Assembly: GCA_902613705.1 (NCBI GenBank)
Contig: CACMIG010000001.1
Coordinates: forward strand, 115,667-179,666
Length of the DNA: 64,000 nucleotides
Direction: 5' to 3'
Source: an uncultured SAR86 cluster bacterium
GTDB taxonomy: Bacteria > Pseudomonadota > Gammaproteobacteria > Magnimaribacterales > D2472
This document shows positions 30,192 through 44,442 of this stretch, piece after piece. The position numbers were made by a program, and so were the translations under genes. A model generated the notes under the pieces. It worked only from the letters and a program-made list of their open reading frames with translations. It searched no databases and was not told the DNA's origin. How positions within the stretch are numbered: the first letter of the stretch is position 1; each line of letters opens with the position of its first letter.

Positions 30192-30326
30192 CTAAGCGCT
30201 GAGAACCTTTCTACCCTTTTTTCTTCTGTTGGATAAAACAGCTCTTCCAGCCTTGGTTGACATTCTCGCACGAAAACCATGGGTTCTTTTTCTTTTTAAG
30301 TTGCTTGGTTGAAAAGTTCTCTTCAT
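30192..30326 (-). CDS. rpmH: 50S ribosomal protein L34
   Basis: hand translation [44 protein letters not shown]; below the ORF-track cutoff. Confidence 0.95.
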   Translation of the reverse strand: MKRTFQPSNLKRKRTHGFRARMSTKAGRAVLSNRRKKGRKVLSA

Positions 30327-30419
30327 AATATCTAATGCTAAAAGTGTTGGGGATTATAGCGTAATAAGTTTTTAAAACCACAAAAATTGCTGTAAAACAC
30401 AATTTTTTTTATATACAAG

Positions 30420-30428
30420 TTATCCACA
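30420..30428 (+). promoter_or_regulatory. perfect DnaA box TTATCCACA
   Basis: exact 9-mer consensus in the rpmH-dnaA spacer, beside an AT-rich run (aattttttttatatac). Confidence 0.7.
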
Positions 30429-30459
30429 ACAAATTCCTATATTTATTCTGTAGATATCT

Positions 30460-30468
30460 TGTGGATTT
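30460..30468 (-). promoter_or_regulatory. DnaA-box-like site AAATCCACA (7/9)
   Basis: tgtggattt on the plus strand, inverted relative to the perfect box 31 nt away. Confidence 0.4.
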
Positions 30469-30502
30469 TTTAATAGACTATGAATCAAATAGGAGATAAT
30501 AA

Positions 30503-31795
30503 TTGGAACTTTGGAATAAGTGTTCTGAAAAGCTTGAAAATACCCTTTCTCAAGAAGATTTCAACACCTGGATTAGGCCCCTAAAGGCAAAAATTGATAA
30601 AAACACCCTTGAGCTCGTTGCACCTAACGACTTCATTTTAGACTACATAGAAAAAAACTATTCCAAAGAAATCAAAAAAATAGTTAAATCACAATCAAAG
30701 TCAAACATAAACCTTGTTTTTAAAACCCTCACAAAAGAAACCTTTATTGATAAATATAAAAACAATCAAAACTCAGAAATTAAATTAGTTGACGGATATA
30801 CTTTTGATAGCTTTGTTGAGGGAAAGTCAAATCACCTTGCTTTAGCTGCAGCCAAACAAGTCGCAGCCAATCCAAAGGGTGACTATAACCCTCTTTTTAT
30901 TTATGGTGGAGTTGGTTTAGGAAAGACACACCTGATGCATGCTGTTGGCAATGAGATTCTTAAAAACGAACCCAAAAAAAGAATTGTTTATGTTCATTCA
31001 GAGAAATTTGTATCTGATATGGTCAAGGCGCTTCAATTGGGCGCAATGAATGAGTTCAAATCATTTTATAGAAACGCCGACGCTCTTTTGATTGACGACA
31101 TTCAGTTCTTTGCTGGCAAGGAGCAGTCTCAAGAGGAGTTTTTTCATACTTTTAATGCTTTGTTGGATAGAAACAATCAAATGATATTAACATGTGACAA
31201 ATATCCAAAAGAGATTGATGGCCTGGAAGAAAGGCTAAAATCAAGACTTGGTTGGGGCCTGCCTGTTGTTATCGACCCACCTGAGCTCGAAACAAGAGCA
31301 GCGGTTTTACTAAGCAAGGCAAACTCAATGGGTATTTCTCTTCCTAATGATTGTGCAATATACATTGCCCAAAGAATAAGATCTAACATCAGGGAGCTTG
31401 AGGGAGCATTAAAGAGAGTTGTTGCAAATGCTAGATTTACAAATCAAGATGTTGACCTTTCTCTTGTTAAAGATGCACTAAAAGATCTTTTTGTAATCTC
31501 CGCAAAAATGATAAGCGTAGAGAACATACAAAAAACAGTTGCAGAATACTACAACATTAAACTTTCAGACCTTCTTTCAAAAAGAAGAAGCAGGTCGATA
31601 ACAAGACCAAGACAAATGGCAATGGCATTAACAAAAGAACTTACAAACCACAGCCTTCCAGAAATTGGAGAAGCATATAACGGAAGAGACCATACAACCG
31701 TTCTCCATGCTTGTAAAAAAATCAAAGAATTAAGAAAAGAAAGTCCCTCACATGAAGAGGACTACAGAAATTTAAATAGGGCCTTAACCAACTAA
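30503..31795 (+). CDS. dnaA: chromosomal replication initiator DnaA
   Basis: [10 protein letters not shown] Walker A, C-terminal [11 protein letters not shown]-binding motif; TTG start. Confidence 0.96.
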   Translation: MELWNKCSEKLENTLSQEDFNTWIRPLKAKIDKNTLELVAPNDFILDYIEKNYSKEIKKIVKSQSKSNINLVFKTLTKETFIDKYKNNQNSEIKLVDGYTFDSFVEGKSNHLALAAAKQVAANPKGDYNPLFIYGGVGLGKTHLMHAVGNEILKNEPKKRIVYVHSEKFVSDMVKALQLGAMNEFKSFYRNADALLIDDIQFFAGKEQSQEEFFHTFNALLDRNNQMILTCDKYPKEIDGLEERLKSRLGWGLPVVIDPPELETRAAVLLSKANSMGISLPNDCAIYIAQRIRSNIRELEGALKRVVANARFTNQDVDLSLVKDALKDLFVISAKMISVENIQKTVAEYYNIKLSDLLSKRRSRSITRPRQMAMALTKELTNHSLPEIGEAYNGRDHTTVLHACKKIKELRKESPSHEEDYRNLNRALTN

Positions 31796-32898
31796 TGGAT
31801 TTCTATATAACCAAAGAAGAGGTTGTTAAATCGCTAAATCTAACACTTGGGGTTGTTGAAAAGAGACAAACGTTGCCTATTTTATCAAATGTTTTGTTTG
31901 AGGTTGATGAATCATCACTAAAACTTACTGCTACTGACTTAGAGAGTGAAATATCAACAACTTCAACAATTTCGAATTTTAAGAGTGGTGGAAAAACCAC
32001 CGCTCCCGCAAGAAAATTAAGTGACCTGTGCAGGCTTATGCCAGATCTGGCTGAAATTCATTTTTTTCTTGATGGGGATAATTTAAAAATAGAGACCGAG
32101 TCTGGTAAGTATAATCTCTCAACTCTTCCAAGCGAAGATTTTCCTGTTTTTGAAACAGAGGATACTCAATCCCAAATTAATATTTCATCTCAAAATCTAA
32201 AAAATTTAATTACCAGAACATCTTTTGCGATGGGTAATCAGGATTGGCGTCATTACTTAAACGGTCTTTATATGATGATAGATGATAAAGTTATTACTAC
32301 TGTAGCAACTGATGCACATAGACTTGCCATGGCAACTTCATCACTCAACGAAGCTTCGTCTGAATCAACAAGTGGGATTGTTCCAAGAAAATCTATTAAT
32401 GAAATTGGTAAGCTTGTTGGTGACGAATCTGAAAATGTTGTGATTCAACTTGGGCAAACTTCAATTGCAGCAAATGTTTCAGGCACTACTTTTGTTAGTA
32501 AATTAATTGAAGGCAAGTTTCCAGACTATGAACAAGTAATACCATCTGGTGAAAGTTCACTTTTAGTTGTTGATAGAAAAAATTTTTCAGAAAGCCTAAG
32601 CAGAGTTAGTGTTTTATCAAGTGAAAAATATAAGGGAGTAAGAATAATTACTAAAAAAGATTCTTTAAATATATCTGCCAATAATCCTGAGAAGGAACAG
32701 GGCGAAGAAAATCTTTCATGTGAATATAAGGGTGAAGAAATTGATATAGCTTTTAATGTTAATTATTTACAAGAAATATTATCTACTATTGATTCTGAAA
32801 AAATAGAAATCAATTTTTTTGGTTCAGAAAAAAGCTGCTTAATTACAGATCCAAATTCTGAAAATCTTAAATATGTCGTAATGCCACTTCTTATCTAA
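31795..32898 (+). CDS. dnaN: DNA polymerase III subunit beta
   Basis: 367 aa, C-terminal VVMPLLI, position after dnaA. Confidence 0.95.
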   Translation: MDFYITKEEVVKSLNLTLGVVEKRQTLPILSNVLFEVDESSLKLTATDLESEISTTSTISNFKSGGKTTAPARKLSDLCRLMPDLAEIHFFLDGDNLKIETESGKYNLSTLPSEDFPVFETEDTQSQINISSQNLKNLITRTSFAMGNQDWRHYLNGLYMMIDDKVITTVATDAHRLAMATSSLNEASSESTSGIVPRKSINEIGKLVGDESENVVIQLGQTSIAANVSGTTFVSKLIEGKFPDYEQVIPSGESSLLVVDRKNFSESLSRVSVLSSEKYKGVRIITKKDSLNISANNPEKEQGEENLSCEYKGEEIDIAFNVNYLQEILSTIDSEKIEINFFGSEKSCLITDPNSENLKYVVMPLLI

Positions 32899-32900
32899 AA

Positions 32901-36602
<3,702 letters not shown>

Positions 36603-36604
36603 TA

Positions 36605-37951
36605 TCAGTGATTTATTAAATTAATTAAATAATTGTTAAGATCATCTTTATCTAATCTTTTTTGCTCCATTGAGTCCCTGTCTCTTATGGTAACTGAATT
36701 ATCTTCAAGTGTTTGAAAGTCAACTGTAATACATACTGGTGTTCCAATTTCATCATGCTTTCGATAGCTTTTACCAATATTTCCAGTATTTTCAAATATA
36801 ATCCTTCCAAAACCAATTTTTTGAAGCTCATTCTTTATATTTTTTGCAGCTTCAACTAATTCTGTATTATTTTTCTTTAAAGGTATAACAGCTGCCTTTA
36901 TTGGTGATAAATGAGGTTTTAGTCTTAAAACAACCCTAGTTTTATTATTTTCTAGCTCCTCAACAAAATAAGCTTCATTTAATATTGCTAGAAAGCTTCT
37001 TTCTAAACCTGCTGATGGTTCGATTACAAATGGCACAATCCATTTACCAGAGTCATCCTGTACTGCCATTTTACTATTTGAGTGCTTGTTTTCTTTCACA
37101 GATGACCCAATACTCAATTCATTTTGTTTCTTAGAGTGTGAACCTAAATCAAAATCAGTTCTGTTTGCAATGCCTTCAAGCTCTTCAAGGCCATGAGGAA
37201 ATTTATACATTAGATCAATAGTTTTTTTAGAATAATGAGCTAGTTCTTCAGTGGGTACATCATAAAGCTCTATACTTTCCGTGGGTACACCTTGATTTTT
37301 CCACCACTCTAGTCTTTTTTGTACCCATACATCATGAGATTTTTCGTCTTCACCTGGCATAACAAAATATTCTAATTCCATTTGTTCAAATTCCCTGACT
37401 CTAAAAATAAAATTTCTAGGTGTTATTTCATTCCTAAATGCTTTACCAATTTGTGCAATTCCAAATGGAATTTGTTTGGATGTAGAATCTATGATGTTTT
37501 TAAAGTTAGTGAATATCTGTTGAGCTGTTTCAGGTCTTAGATATGCAAAACTCGAACCATCGTCTATCGGACCTACATTTGTCTTAAACATTAAGTTAAA
37601 TTGCCGTGGTTCAGTTAGATCCTCTGGTTTGCACTCTTTTGGTACTTGATCAGCTCTAAATCTAAGACCACATGACTTACAATCGACCATTGGATCTGAA
37701 AAGGTGTCTTCATGGCCTGAATACCCCAGAACAAGTGGGTTTGTAAGAATAGATGAGTCAAGTCCCTCAATATCATCATTTTCATAAACCATTGCTTCCC
37801 ACCAGGCGTCTTTAATATTATTCTTTAATTCAACACCAAGTGGTCCAAAATCGTATGTTCCTTGAAGGCCACCGTAAATTTCACTAGATTGGAATATAAA
37901 GCCTCTTCTTTTACATAAAGCAACTAGCTCTTCCATATTTTTAGCTGGCAA
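36605..37951 (-). CDS. glyQS: glycine--tRNA ligase, homodimeric (alpha2, GlyQS) type
   Basis: single 448-aa ORF; [25 protein letters not shown] start typical of alpha2 GlyRS. Confidence 0.88.
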   Translation of the reverse strand: MPAKNMEELVALCKRRGFIFQSSEIYGGLQGTYDFGPLGVELKNNIKDAWWEAMVYENDDIEGLDSSILTNPLVLGYSGHEDTFSDPMVDCKSCGLRFRADQVPKECKPEDLTEPRQFNLMFKTNVGPIDDGSSFAYLRPETAQQIFTNFKNIIDSTSKQIPFGIAQIGKAFRNEITPRNFIFRVREFEQMELEYFVMPGEDEKSHDVWVQKRLEWWKNQGVPTESIELYDVPTEELAHYSKKTIDLMYKFPHGLEELEGIANRTDFDLGSHSKKQNELSIGSSVKENKHSNSKMAVQDDSGKWIVPFVIEPSAGLERSFLAILNEAYFVEELENNKTRVVLRLKPHLSPIKAAVIPLKKNNTELVEAAKNIKNELQKIGFGRIIFENTGNIGKSYRKHDEIGTPVCITVDFQTLEDNSVTIRDRDSMEQKRLDKDDLNNYLINLINH

Positions 37952-38065
37952 TTTTAATCTCCTTAAAAATTAACATTTGTCCCTTTTATTAAGAGGCTTA
38001 TTTTTAAATTATCTGTGTATAATTAATACTTTTATGATTATATATCAAGCTTATAAATTATTATC

Positions 38066-38932
38066 ATGATATTTACACTATTTTATATTCTTTCCTGCAT
38101 TCCAAGGATTTTCTTAGTTTTTTTTATTGATTTATTCATTTATTTGCGACTTTATAAGACCACTAAGTCTTATAAGATAACAAAAATTAATCTTGAAATA
38201 GCTTTTCCTGAATTAACTCTCCCAAATATTGAATTGCTATCACGAGGAAGTATAAGAGAGTCCATTATGTCAGGATATGAAACAGTATATTCATGGGGGA
38301 GATCATTTTCAGATTCAAACAATTTAATTTTTAAAGTAGAAAATAATTTTTTACTAAAGAAAAATATTTTAAGCGGACAAGGATTAATTTGTGTTGCAAT
38401 ACATAACAGAAGTGTTGATATGCTTTTAACCTGGATTAACTCGCAAACACCAACAGTAAGTCTTTATAAAGAGATTAAAAATAAATACATGGAAACATTT
38501 GTAAAAAATAAAAGAGAAATAAATAACTCAGTGAGCGTTAAAACCTCAATATCTGGTGTTAGAACGATTTACAAAGCTTTAAAAGATAAAAAAGTAATAT
38601 GTTTTGCTGCAGATCAAGTTCCTAAAAGGGGCCTAGGAGAACACATAAATTTATATAATAAAATGGCATATACAACCACACTTGTTCAAAGTTTGGCTTC
38701 TAAAACCAATTGTCCAGTGATATATCTCTGTATGAATTCAAATATTAATGGTTTTCTTTCTGTATCAATAAAGCCTTGTAATGATGATATTTATGACAGT
38801 AGTAAGCACTTACAATTAGTAAATAAAGACATAGAAAAATTAATTAATAGAAGACCAATAGACTATTCATGGGAATATAAAAGGTTTAAGAGATGCTTGC
38901 CTGAAGAAAAAAATTTATACAGTGGTATATAG
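38066..38932 (+). CDS. lipid A late acyltransferase (LpxL/HtrB family)
   Basis: 288 aa, N-terminal TM helix, HNRSVD (HX4D) motif. Confidence 0.65.
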   Translation: MIFTLFYILSCIPRIFLVFFIDLFIYLRLYKTTKSYKITKINLEIAFPELTLPNIELLSRGSIRESIMSGYETVYSWGRSFSDSNNLIFKVENNFLLKKNILSGQGLICVAIHNRSVDMLLTWINSQTPTVSLYKEIKNKYMETFVKNKREINNSVSVKTSISGVRTIYKALKDKKVICFAADQVPKRGLGEHINLYNKMAYTTTLVQSLASKTNCPVIYLCMNSNINGFLSVSIKPCNDDIYDSSKHLQLVNKDIEKLINRRPIDYSWEYKRFKRCLPEEKNLYSGI

Positions 38933-40369
38933 TTATTTTGCCCAAAACATTGGAGTTAAGATTACTAAAAGGGTGAATATCTCTAATCTACCCAAAAGCA
39001 TTGCAAAGGCTAATGTGCTCTTAGTAAAAGTACTTAGATTAGAATAATTTTCTGATACCACTCCCAACCCAGGACCGAGATTGTTAAGGCATGCACCTAC
39101 TGCTGAAAATGCAGACTCTAAATCAAGACCCGAGGTTAAAACAGCAAGTAAAAGTATCATAAAAGAAATTACATAAATAGAAAAAAAGCCCCATACAGAT
39201 GTTGCAACTTCATCATCTACACTTCTTGAGCCTATCTTTAATGATATTACTGAATTTGGATGAATTATCTTCATAATATTAGAGTAAGCATGATTTAACA
39301 TTATCATGACTCTCCATGACTTTACACCACCTCCAACTGAGCCTGAACAAGCTCCAATAAAAGCTCCTATAAGTAAAAGAAAAGATATTGATAATGGCCA
39401 GTTTGAAGTATCAGAAATTGAGAAACCTGTAGTCGTTATCATTGAAACTGAATGAAATACAACTTCTTTATAGCTAGGACCATTTTCGTAATTAGAAAGT
39501 AAATTTATAAGAAACGAGACAATCAAAACTAATAATAGTATTGAAAAGAAAAATCTAAACTCTGGATCATAAAAGTACTTCAATGGCTTTCTTCTGTAAA
39601 TTGCAAAATAATGAAGCGTAAAACTGAATGCAGATAAAAGCATAAATACAATGCATATAACCTCAATCGTTGTGCTATTAAAATATCCAATGCTTTCGTT
39701 GTGAGTAGAAAATCCTCCAATTGCAACTGTTGACATTGCGTGTGAGACTGCATCAAATGTAGACATTCCACCCAAGTAATATAAAAGTGCACATACAATG
39801 GTAAGTCCAAGATATATAGACCATAACGCCTGTGCAGTTTCCTTTATTCTAGGTGTAAGTCTTTGTTCGCCCATAGCTCCGGGAATCTCAGTTTTATATA
39901 TTTGACCACCTCCAATGCCTAATAATGGCATCACGGCGATTGCAAGAACTATAAGACCCATTCCACCCATCCATTGGAGCATTTGTCTATAGAATAGAAT
40001 AGATTCAGGTAGGGCATCTATATTTGAAATAACAGTTGCTCCAGTAGTAGTAATTCCTGACATTGACTCAAAGAAAGAGTCAATTATGCTCATTCCACTT
40101 AGATAGAATGGTATTGAGCCTGCAAAAGACAAGACAACCCAGAACATAACTATAATTACAAAACCATCCTTCTGAGATAATTCATTATTTATATTTCTGG
40201 TTAGTATTAATCCAACAACACCTACCAAGCTTATTGATATAAATGTTTTTAAAAAAATATAAAAGGCATCATCATTAAAAATAATTGATATAAAAATAGG
40301 AAAAACAAATGAAAAGCTGAAAAATAAAATCAACACACTAAAAAGGTTTAATATTGACTTAGGATTCAT
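38933..40369 (-). CDS. trkH: Trk-type potassium uptake protein TrkH
   Basis: 478 aa polytopic protein with repeated MSGITTTGAT-type pore loops; adjacent to trkA. Confidence 0.9.
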   Translation of the reverse strand: MNPKSILNLFSVLILFFSFSFVFPIFISIIFNDDAFYIFLKTFISISLVGVVGLILTRNINNELSQKDGFVIIVMFWVVLSFAGSIPFYLSGMSIIDSFFESMSGITTTGATVISNIDALPESILFYRQMLQWMGGMGLIVLAIAVMPLLGIGGGQIYKTEIPGAMGEQRLTPRIKETAQALWSIYLGLTIVCALLYYLGGMSTFDAVSHAMSTVAIGGFSTHNESIGYFNSTTIEVICIVFMLLSAFSFTLHYFAIYRRKPLKYFYDPEFRFFFSILLLVLIVSFLINLLSNYENGPSYKEVVFHSVSMITTTGFSISDTSNWPLSISFLLLIGAFIGACSGSVGGGVKSWRVMIMLNHAYSNIMKIIHPNSVISLKIGSRSVDDEVATSVWGFFSIYVISFMILLLAVLTSGLDLESAFSAVGACLNNLGPGLGVVSENYSNLSTFTKSTLAFAMLLGRLEIFTLLVILTPMFWAK

Positions 40370-41724
40370 TATTGTGTTTTAAAAAGAATCTCGACCTCAG
40401 AAACCATGTCTTTATTTGCTAAAAATATAATTAAATGATCATTTAAACAAAGCTCAACATTGGAATCAGGCATTATCAAATCACCATGTCTAACAACTGC
40501 GCCAATTGAAGCTCCCTCTGGTAAAGGTATTTCTTTGACCGACTTTCCAAATAGATTTGAAGTAAACTCATTTGCATGAACAACACCTTCAATGGCTTCA
40601 GCCCCAGTATCCATTTTTAATAATACATCTTGAGTAACATCACTTTCTCTAAGGTCTTGAAGTACTGAAGAAACGGTTAGCCTATAGGGTGCTATATATA
40701 TATCAATAAAGCCTGGAACTAGACCAAGATATGATGGATTATTTAAAATTATCATTGTTTTTTTTGCACCCATTTTTTTTGCAATGAGTGAAGACATTAA
40801 GTTTGTCTCATCATCGTCAGTAAGGGCACAAAAAATGTCAATATTTGATATATTCTCGCTTTTAAGAAGGTCCTCATCAGTCGCAGATCCACTTAGGACG
40901 ATAGTTTTATCAAGTTTCTTAGATAATTCTTTACATTTTTGTTTATTTGAATCAATTAGTTTTATTTTGTAATCATTTTCTAGCTCTTTTGCTAATGAGT
41001 AGCCTATTTTTCCGCCTCCAATAATCATTACCCTTGAATAAACATCAATCTTATCTCTAAATTCATTAACAATTAGATCAATGTTAGAAACAGAAGATAC
41101 AAAATAGACCTCATCACCTTCTTTTATAATAGTTTCACCGGAAGGAATAAAGGGCTTTCCTTTTCTATAAATTGATGCAACAAAAGCATTTGCATCTGGC
41201 ATGTCATCTTTAATGCCCTTAAGCTCTCTTCCAACAAGCTTGCCCTTCTTCTTTGCCTTAACACTAACAAGATTTACTTTTCCGTCAGCAAATTTTTCTA
41301 TTTGTTCTGTCCCAGGGTGTTTTACAAGCTCTTTAAGATGGTTCATAACCTCCTTTTCAGGGCTAATAACAATATCAACAATATCTGCACCAAATATATC
41401 TAAGTTTTCAGAATAAGTTTCTTCTGACAATCTACATATTGTTTTCTTCACATTGAAACTATTTTTTGCTATCTGACAAGCAATTAAATTTACTTCATCA
41501 TTTGAGGTAACTGCAATTACAGTTGTAGATTCATCAGCACCAGCTTTTTTTATTGAAAGAGGGTGCGAAGCATGTCCTTCTACTGTCAAAATATCAAGCT
41601 TATCCTCTAAGGCAGAAAGAGAAGATTTATCAAAATCAACAATCGAAACATCATAGTTATTGTTTACTAATGCAGTGGCAAGACTTCCACCAACTCGACC
41701 AGCACCTAAGATTAGTACTTTCAT
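40369..41724 (-). CDS. trkA: Trk system NAD-binding protein TrkA
   Basis: two RCK/NAD-binding repeats (ILGAGRVGG and IIGGGKIGY). Confidence 0.92.
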   Translation of the reverse strand: MKVLILGAGRVGGSLATALVNNNYDVSIVDFDKSSLSALEDKLDILTVEGHASHPLSIKKAGADESTTVIAVTSNDEVNLIACQIAKNSFNVKKTICRLSEETYSENLDIFGADIVDIVISPEKEVMNHLKELVKHPGTEQIEKFADGKVNLVSVKAKKKGKLVGRELKGIKDDMPDANAFVASIYRKGKPFIPSGETIIKEGDEVYFVSSVSNIDLIVNEFRDKIDVYSRVMIIGGGKIGYSLAKELENDYKIKLIDSNKQKCKELSKKLDKTIVLSGSATDEDLLKSENISNIDIFCALTDDDETNLMSSLIAKKMGAKKTMIILNNPSYLGLVPGFIDIYIAPYRLTVSSVLQDLRESDVTQDVLLKMDTGAEAIEGVVHANEFTSNLFGKSVKEIPLPEGASIGAVVRHGDLIMPDSNVELCLNDHLIIFLANKDMVSEVEILFKTQ

Positions 41725-41782
41725 AGTGTGTAAATTAAACCTCTTTTTAAATAAAGCAAGACTTATCGTATAAATTTATTTT

Positions 41783-42703
41783 TTATGAAAAAAACTCTTT
41801 ATATGAATTATAAAGATCATTTGATGAAATAATGTTCTTGTTTTGGAATTGTAAGTAAGTAATCACTACCACTGCATCGCTGGTATTTATGTACAATCCA
41901 GACTTATCAAATTTATGTATGGTTCCAGGAATGTCACTGCTATTTTCGTTAGTTTTTTCAATTTTATGAATTTTAATAACCTTATTTTTGTAGTTGAAAT
42001 ATATGCCTGGCCATTCAATATATGCTCTATATTTATTAATAATATTAGTGCTGCCATCGTTAAAATTTATTTCTGATTCTTGTTTTAAAATTTTATTGCA
42101 ATAAGTTGCTTTTGAATGGTCTTGTGGTGAAGCATGTAATTTATTTGAATTAATTTTATCTAGAATATTAAGTAGGTTTGCATTACATAATTCAGTTAAT
42201 TTTTTTTCTAGTGAAATCTTATCATCATCTTCTTTAATATTTTGATCAAAAACTGAGTATATGTCACCTGAGTCGAGCTCATTATTCATTTTAATTATTG
42301 ATATGCCAGTAGATATGTCACCGTTTAAAATTGCCGATTGAATTGGTGATGCCCCTCTATATTTTGGTAGAACAGAAAAATGAATATTAATTGGTGAAAC
42401 TTTAGGTAAATCTAATAACCAACTGGGGATAATCTTTCCATATGCTACGACAATTAAAAACTCAACCTCTATCAATGATAGTTCGGCTTTAAACTTATCA
42501 TCATCTAGATGCTTTGGTTTAAAGATTTTAATATCTAATGAACTTGCTTTATTCGCTACAGCTGACTCTATTAATTTACTGCCTCTTTTACCTCTTTTGT
42601 CAGGCTGGGTAATAACTGCTTTAATATTTATATTTGATTCACTAGACAAAGAATCTAGTACTTTAGCAGCACTATGAGGGCTTCCAGCAAATAAAATATT
42701 CAT
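41783..42703 (-). CDS. fmt: methionyl-tRNA formyltransferase
   Basis: MNILFAGSP start, HFSVLPKYRGASPIQ motif. Confidence 0.92.
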   Translation of the reverse strand: MNILFAGSPHSAAKVLDSLSSESNINIKAVITQPDKRGKRGSKLIESAVANKASSLDIKIFKPKHLDDDKFKAELSLIEVEFLIVVAYGKIIPSWLLDLPKVSPINIHFSVLPKYRGASPIQSAILNGDISTGISIIKMNNELDSGDIYSVFDQNIKEDDDKISLEKKLTELCNANLLNILDKINSNKLHASPQDHSKATYCNKILKQESEINFNDGSTNIINKYRAYIEWPGIYFNYKNKVIKIHKIEKTNENSSDIPGTIHKFDKSGLYINTSDAVVVITYLQFQNKNIISSNDLYNSYKEFFS

Positions 42704-42812
42704 ATCACAATCATGTTAAGGCATTTAATCAGATCTTTTTTAATGTTTTATTTGATTTATTACAGTTTTCTGTGAGTAAAATTATCATATTTACAGTTAT
42801 AATCTGTTAATA

Positions 42813-43316
42813 TCACTTAAATTCTTTTAAAAGCTTTGATCTTACGCGATCTCTTTTTAAAGCACTTACATAGTCAACCATTAATTTACCCTCCAAATGA
42901 TCAATTTCATGCTGTATACATACAGTTAACAGGCCTTCTGGAGTATCTACATGCGTTTTACCCTTTAAATCCTGCCATGAAAGTTCTATTTTATCGGGTC
43001 TCGCTATAACTTCGTTAAATCCAGGAATTGACAAACACCCTTCCTCATACTCAAACATTTTGTAACCTTTAAGAATCTTGTAGCTTGGATTTATAAATAC
43101 TCTTGGTTCATTTCTGTCTTCAGATAAATCCATAACAATTAATCTTATATGATGATCAACCTGAGTTGCTGCTAAACCTATTCCATTAGCCTCATACATG
43201 GTATCAAGCATATCAGATGCTAATTTTTCTAGACATTTGTCGAATTTAACAACTTTTTCAGCAACTTTTCTTAATCTAGGGTCTGGAAATATTAAAATAT
43301 TTAATTTTTTAGCCAT
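42813..43316 (-). CDS. def: peptide deformylase
   Basis: [14 protein letters not shown] and HEIDH motifs. Confidence 0.95.
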   Translation of the reverse strand: MAKKLNILIFPDPRLRKVAEKVVKFDKCLEKLASDMLDTMYEANGIGLAATQVDHHIRLIVMDLSEDRNEPRVFINPSYKILKGYKMFEYEEGCLSIPGFNEVIARPDKIELSWQDLKGKTHVDTPEGLLTVCIQHEIDHLEGKLMVDYVSALKRDRVRSKLLKEFK

Positions 43317-43379
43317 TTTTAAAGTTTTTCATTATAATTTCGAGATTATAATCCACTTAACAATTTAAGAGTACATATA

Positions 43380-43880
43380 ATGACAAATGAAACAGTACAA
43401 GTAGCTATTATAATGGGTTCTGACTCAGATCTTCCTGTTGTAGAAGCAAGTTTTTCAATATTAGATGATTTTGGTGTCAAATACACTAAGAATGTCATGT
43501 CAGCGCATAGAACGCCTCATGATGTAATGGAGCTAATAAAAAACTCTGAGGAAAACGGATGCAAAGTTTTTATAGCAGCTGCTGGTATGGCAGCTCATCT
43601 TGCCGGAGCGGTAGCGGCTCACTCAACAAAACCAGTAATAGGTATTCCAATAGAATCAGGCGGCATGGGAGGAATTGATTCCTTGTTGTCCACTGCAATG
43701 ATGCCACCGGGAGTTCCTGTTGCAACAGTAGCCGTTGGAAAAAGTGGGGCAAAAAACAGTGCAATACTTGCAGTTCAGATTCTTGCAACTAGTGATGAAG
43801 ATCTTGAACAAAAGTTGGTTGAGTATAAACACAATATGAGAGCTGAAGTTTTAGAAAAAGATAAAAAACTTAATTCATAA
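43380..43880 (+). CDS. purE: N5-carboxyaminoimidazole ribonucleotide mutase
   Basis: IIMGSDSDLPV, SAHRTP and AGMAAHLAG motifs. Confidence 0.93.
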   Translation: MTNETVQVAIIMGSDSDLPVVEASFSILDDFGVKYTKNVMSAHRTPHDVMELIKNSEENGCKVFIAAAGMAAHLAGAVAAHSTKPVIGIPIESGGMGGIDSLLSTAMMPPGVPVATVAVGKSGAKNSAILAVQILATSDEDLEQKLVEYKHNMRAEVLEKDKKLNS

Positions 43881-44441
43881 TTGAAAAACAATGCTTTAAA
43901 TATCAACTCATCCGTTGAGTGGTTAAATGCTGGAAAAATTCTAGCTCATCCTACTGAATCAATTTGGGGTTTGGGTTGTGATGCGTTGAATGAGGAAGCA
44001 GTTAATCTTATTTTTAAGATAAAAAAAAGAGATAAAAAAAAGAACTTTATTTTGCTTGTAAAATCACTCGAATCATTTGAAAAATATTTAGAAGAAATAA
44101 ATGCGGAAGATAAAACTTTTTTAAATAAACATTGGCCTGGACCATATACTTTCTTAATTAAATACAATGAAAAACTTCCAACTCATTTAAAAAATGCATC
44201 TGGAAAAATAGCAATAAGAGTGAGTAATCACTTACCTATAAGACATCTATTTGAAAGTTTTTCTGGCTTTATGGTATCAACGTCTGCAAATATCTCTGGT
44301 GAAGAAAATATTAATGATCCTGACAATATTATAAATTATTTTGAATACGAAGAGATGGCATATTATGATGAAATATTAGGTGACAATAAAAACCCTTCAA
44401 CTATTATTGATTTAGAATCTAGAGCAATTATTAGAGAATAA
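43881..44441 (+). CDS. tsaC: L-threonylcarbamoyladenylate synthase (TsaC/YrdC)
   Basis: PTESIWGLGCDA and SANISGE motifs; TTG start. Confidence 0.85.
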   Translation: MKNNALNINSSVEWLNAGKILAHPTESIWGLGCDALNEEAVNLIFKIKKRDKKKNFILLVKSLESFEKYLEEINAEDKTFLNKHWPGPYTFLIKYNEKLPTHLKNASGKIAIRVSNHLPIRHLFESFSGFMVSTSANISGEENINDPDNIINYFEYEEMAYYDEILGDNKNPSTIIDLESRAIIRE

Positions 44442-44442
44442 T

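Noticed and set aside
30211-30402. 63-aa ORF from the track in the rpmH region
   Set aside because: It overlaps the unmistakable L34 reading frame (30192-30326) in another frame.
42704-42812. 109-bp spacer between def and fmt, and absence of rsmB between fmt and trkA
   Set aside because: This is a gene-order variation with no sequence feature of note. It is probably ordinary lineage-specific synteny.
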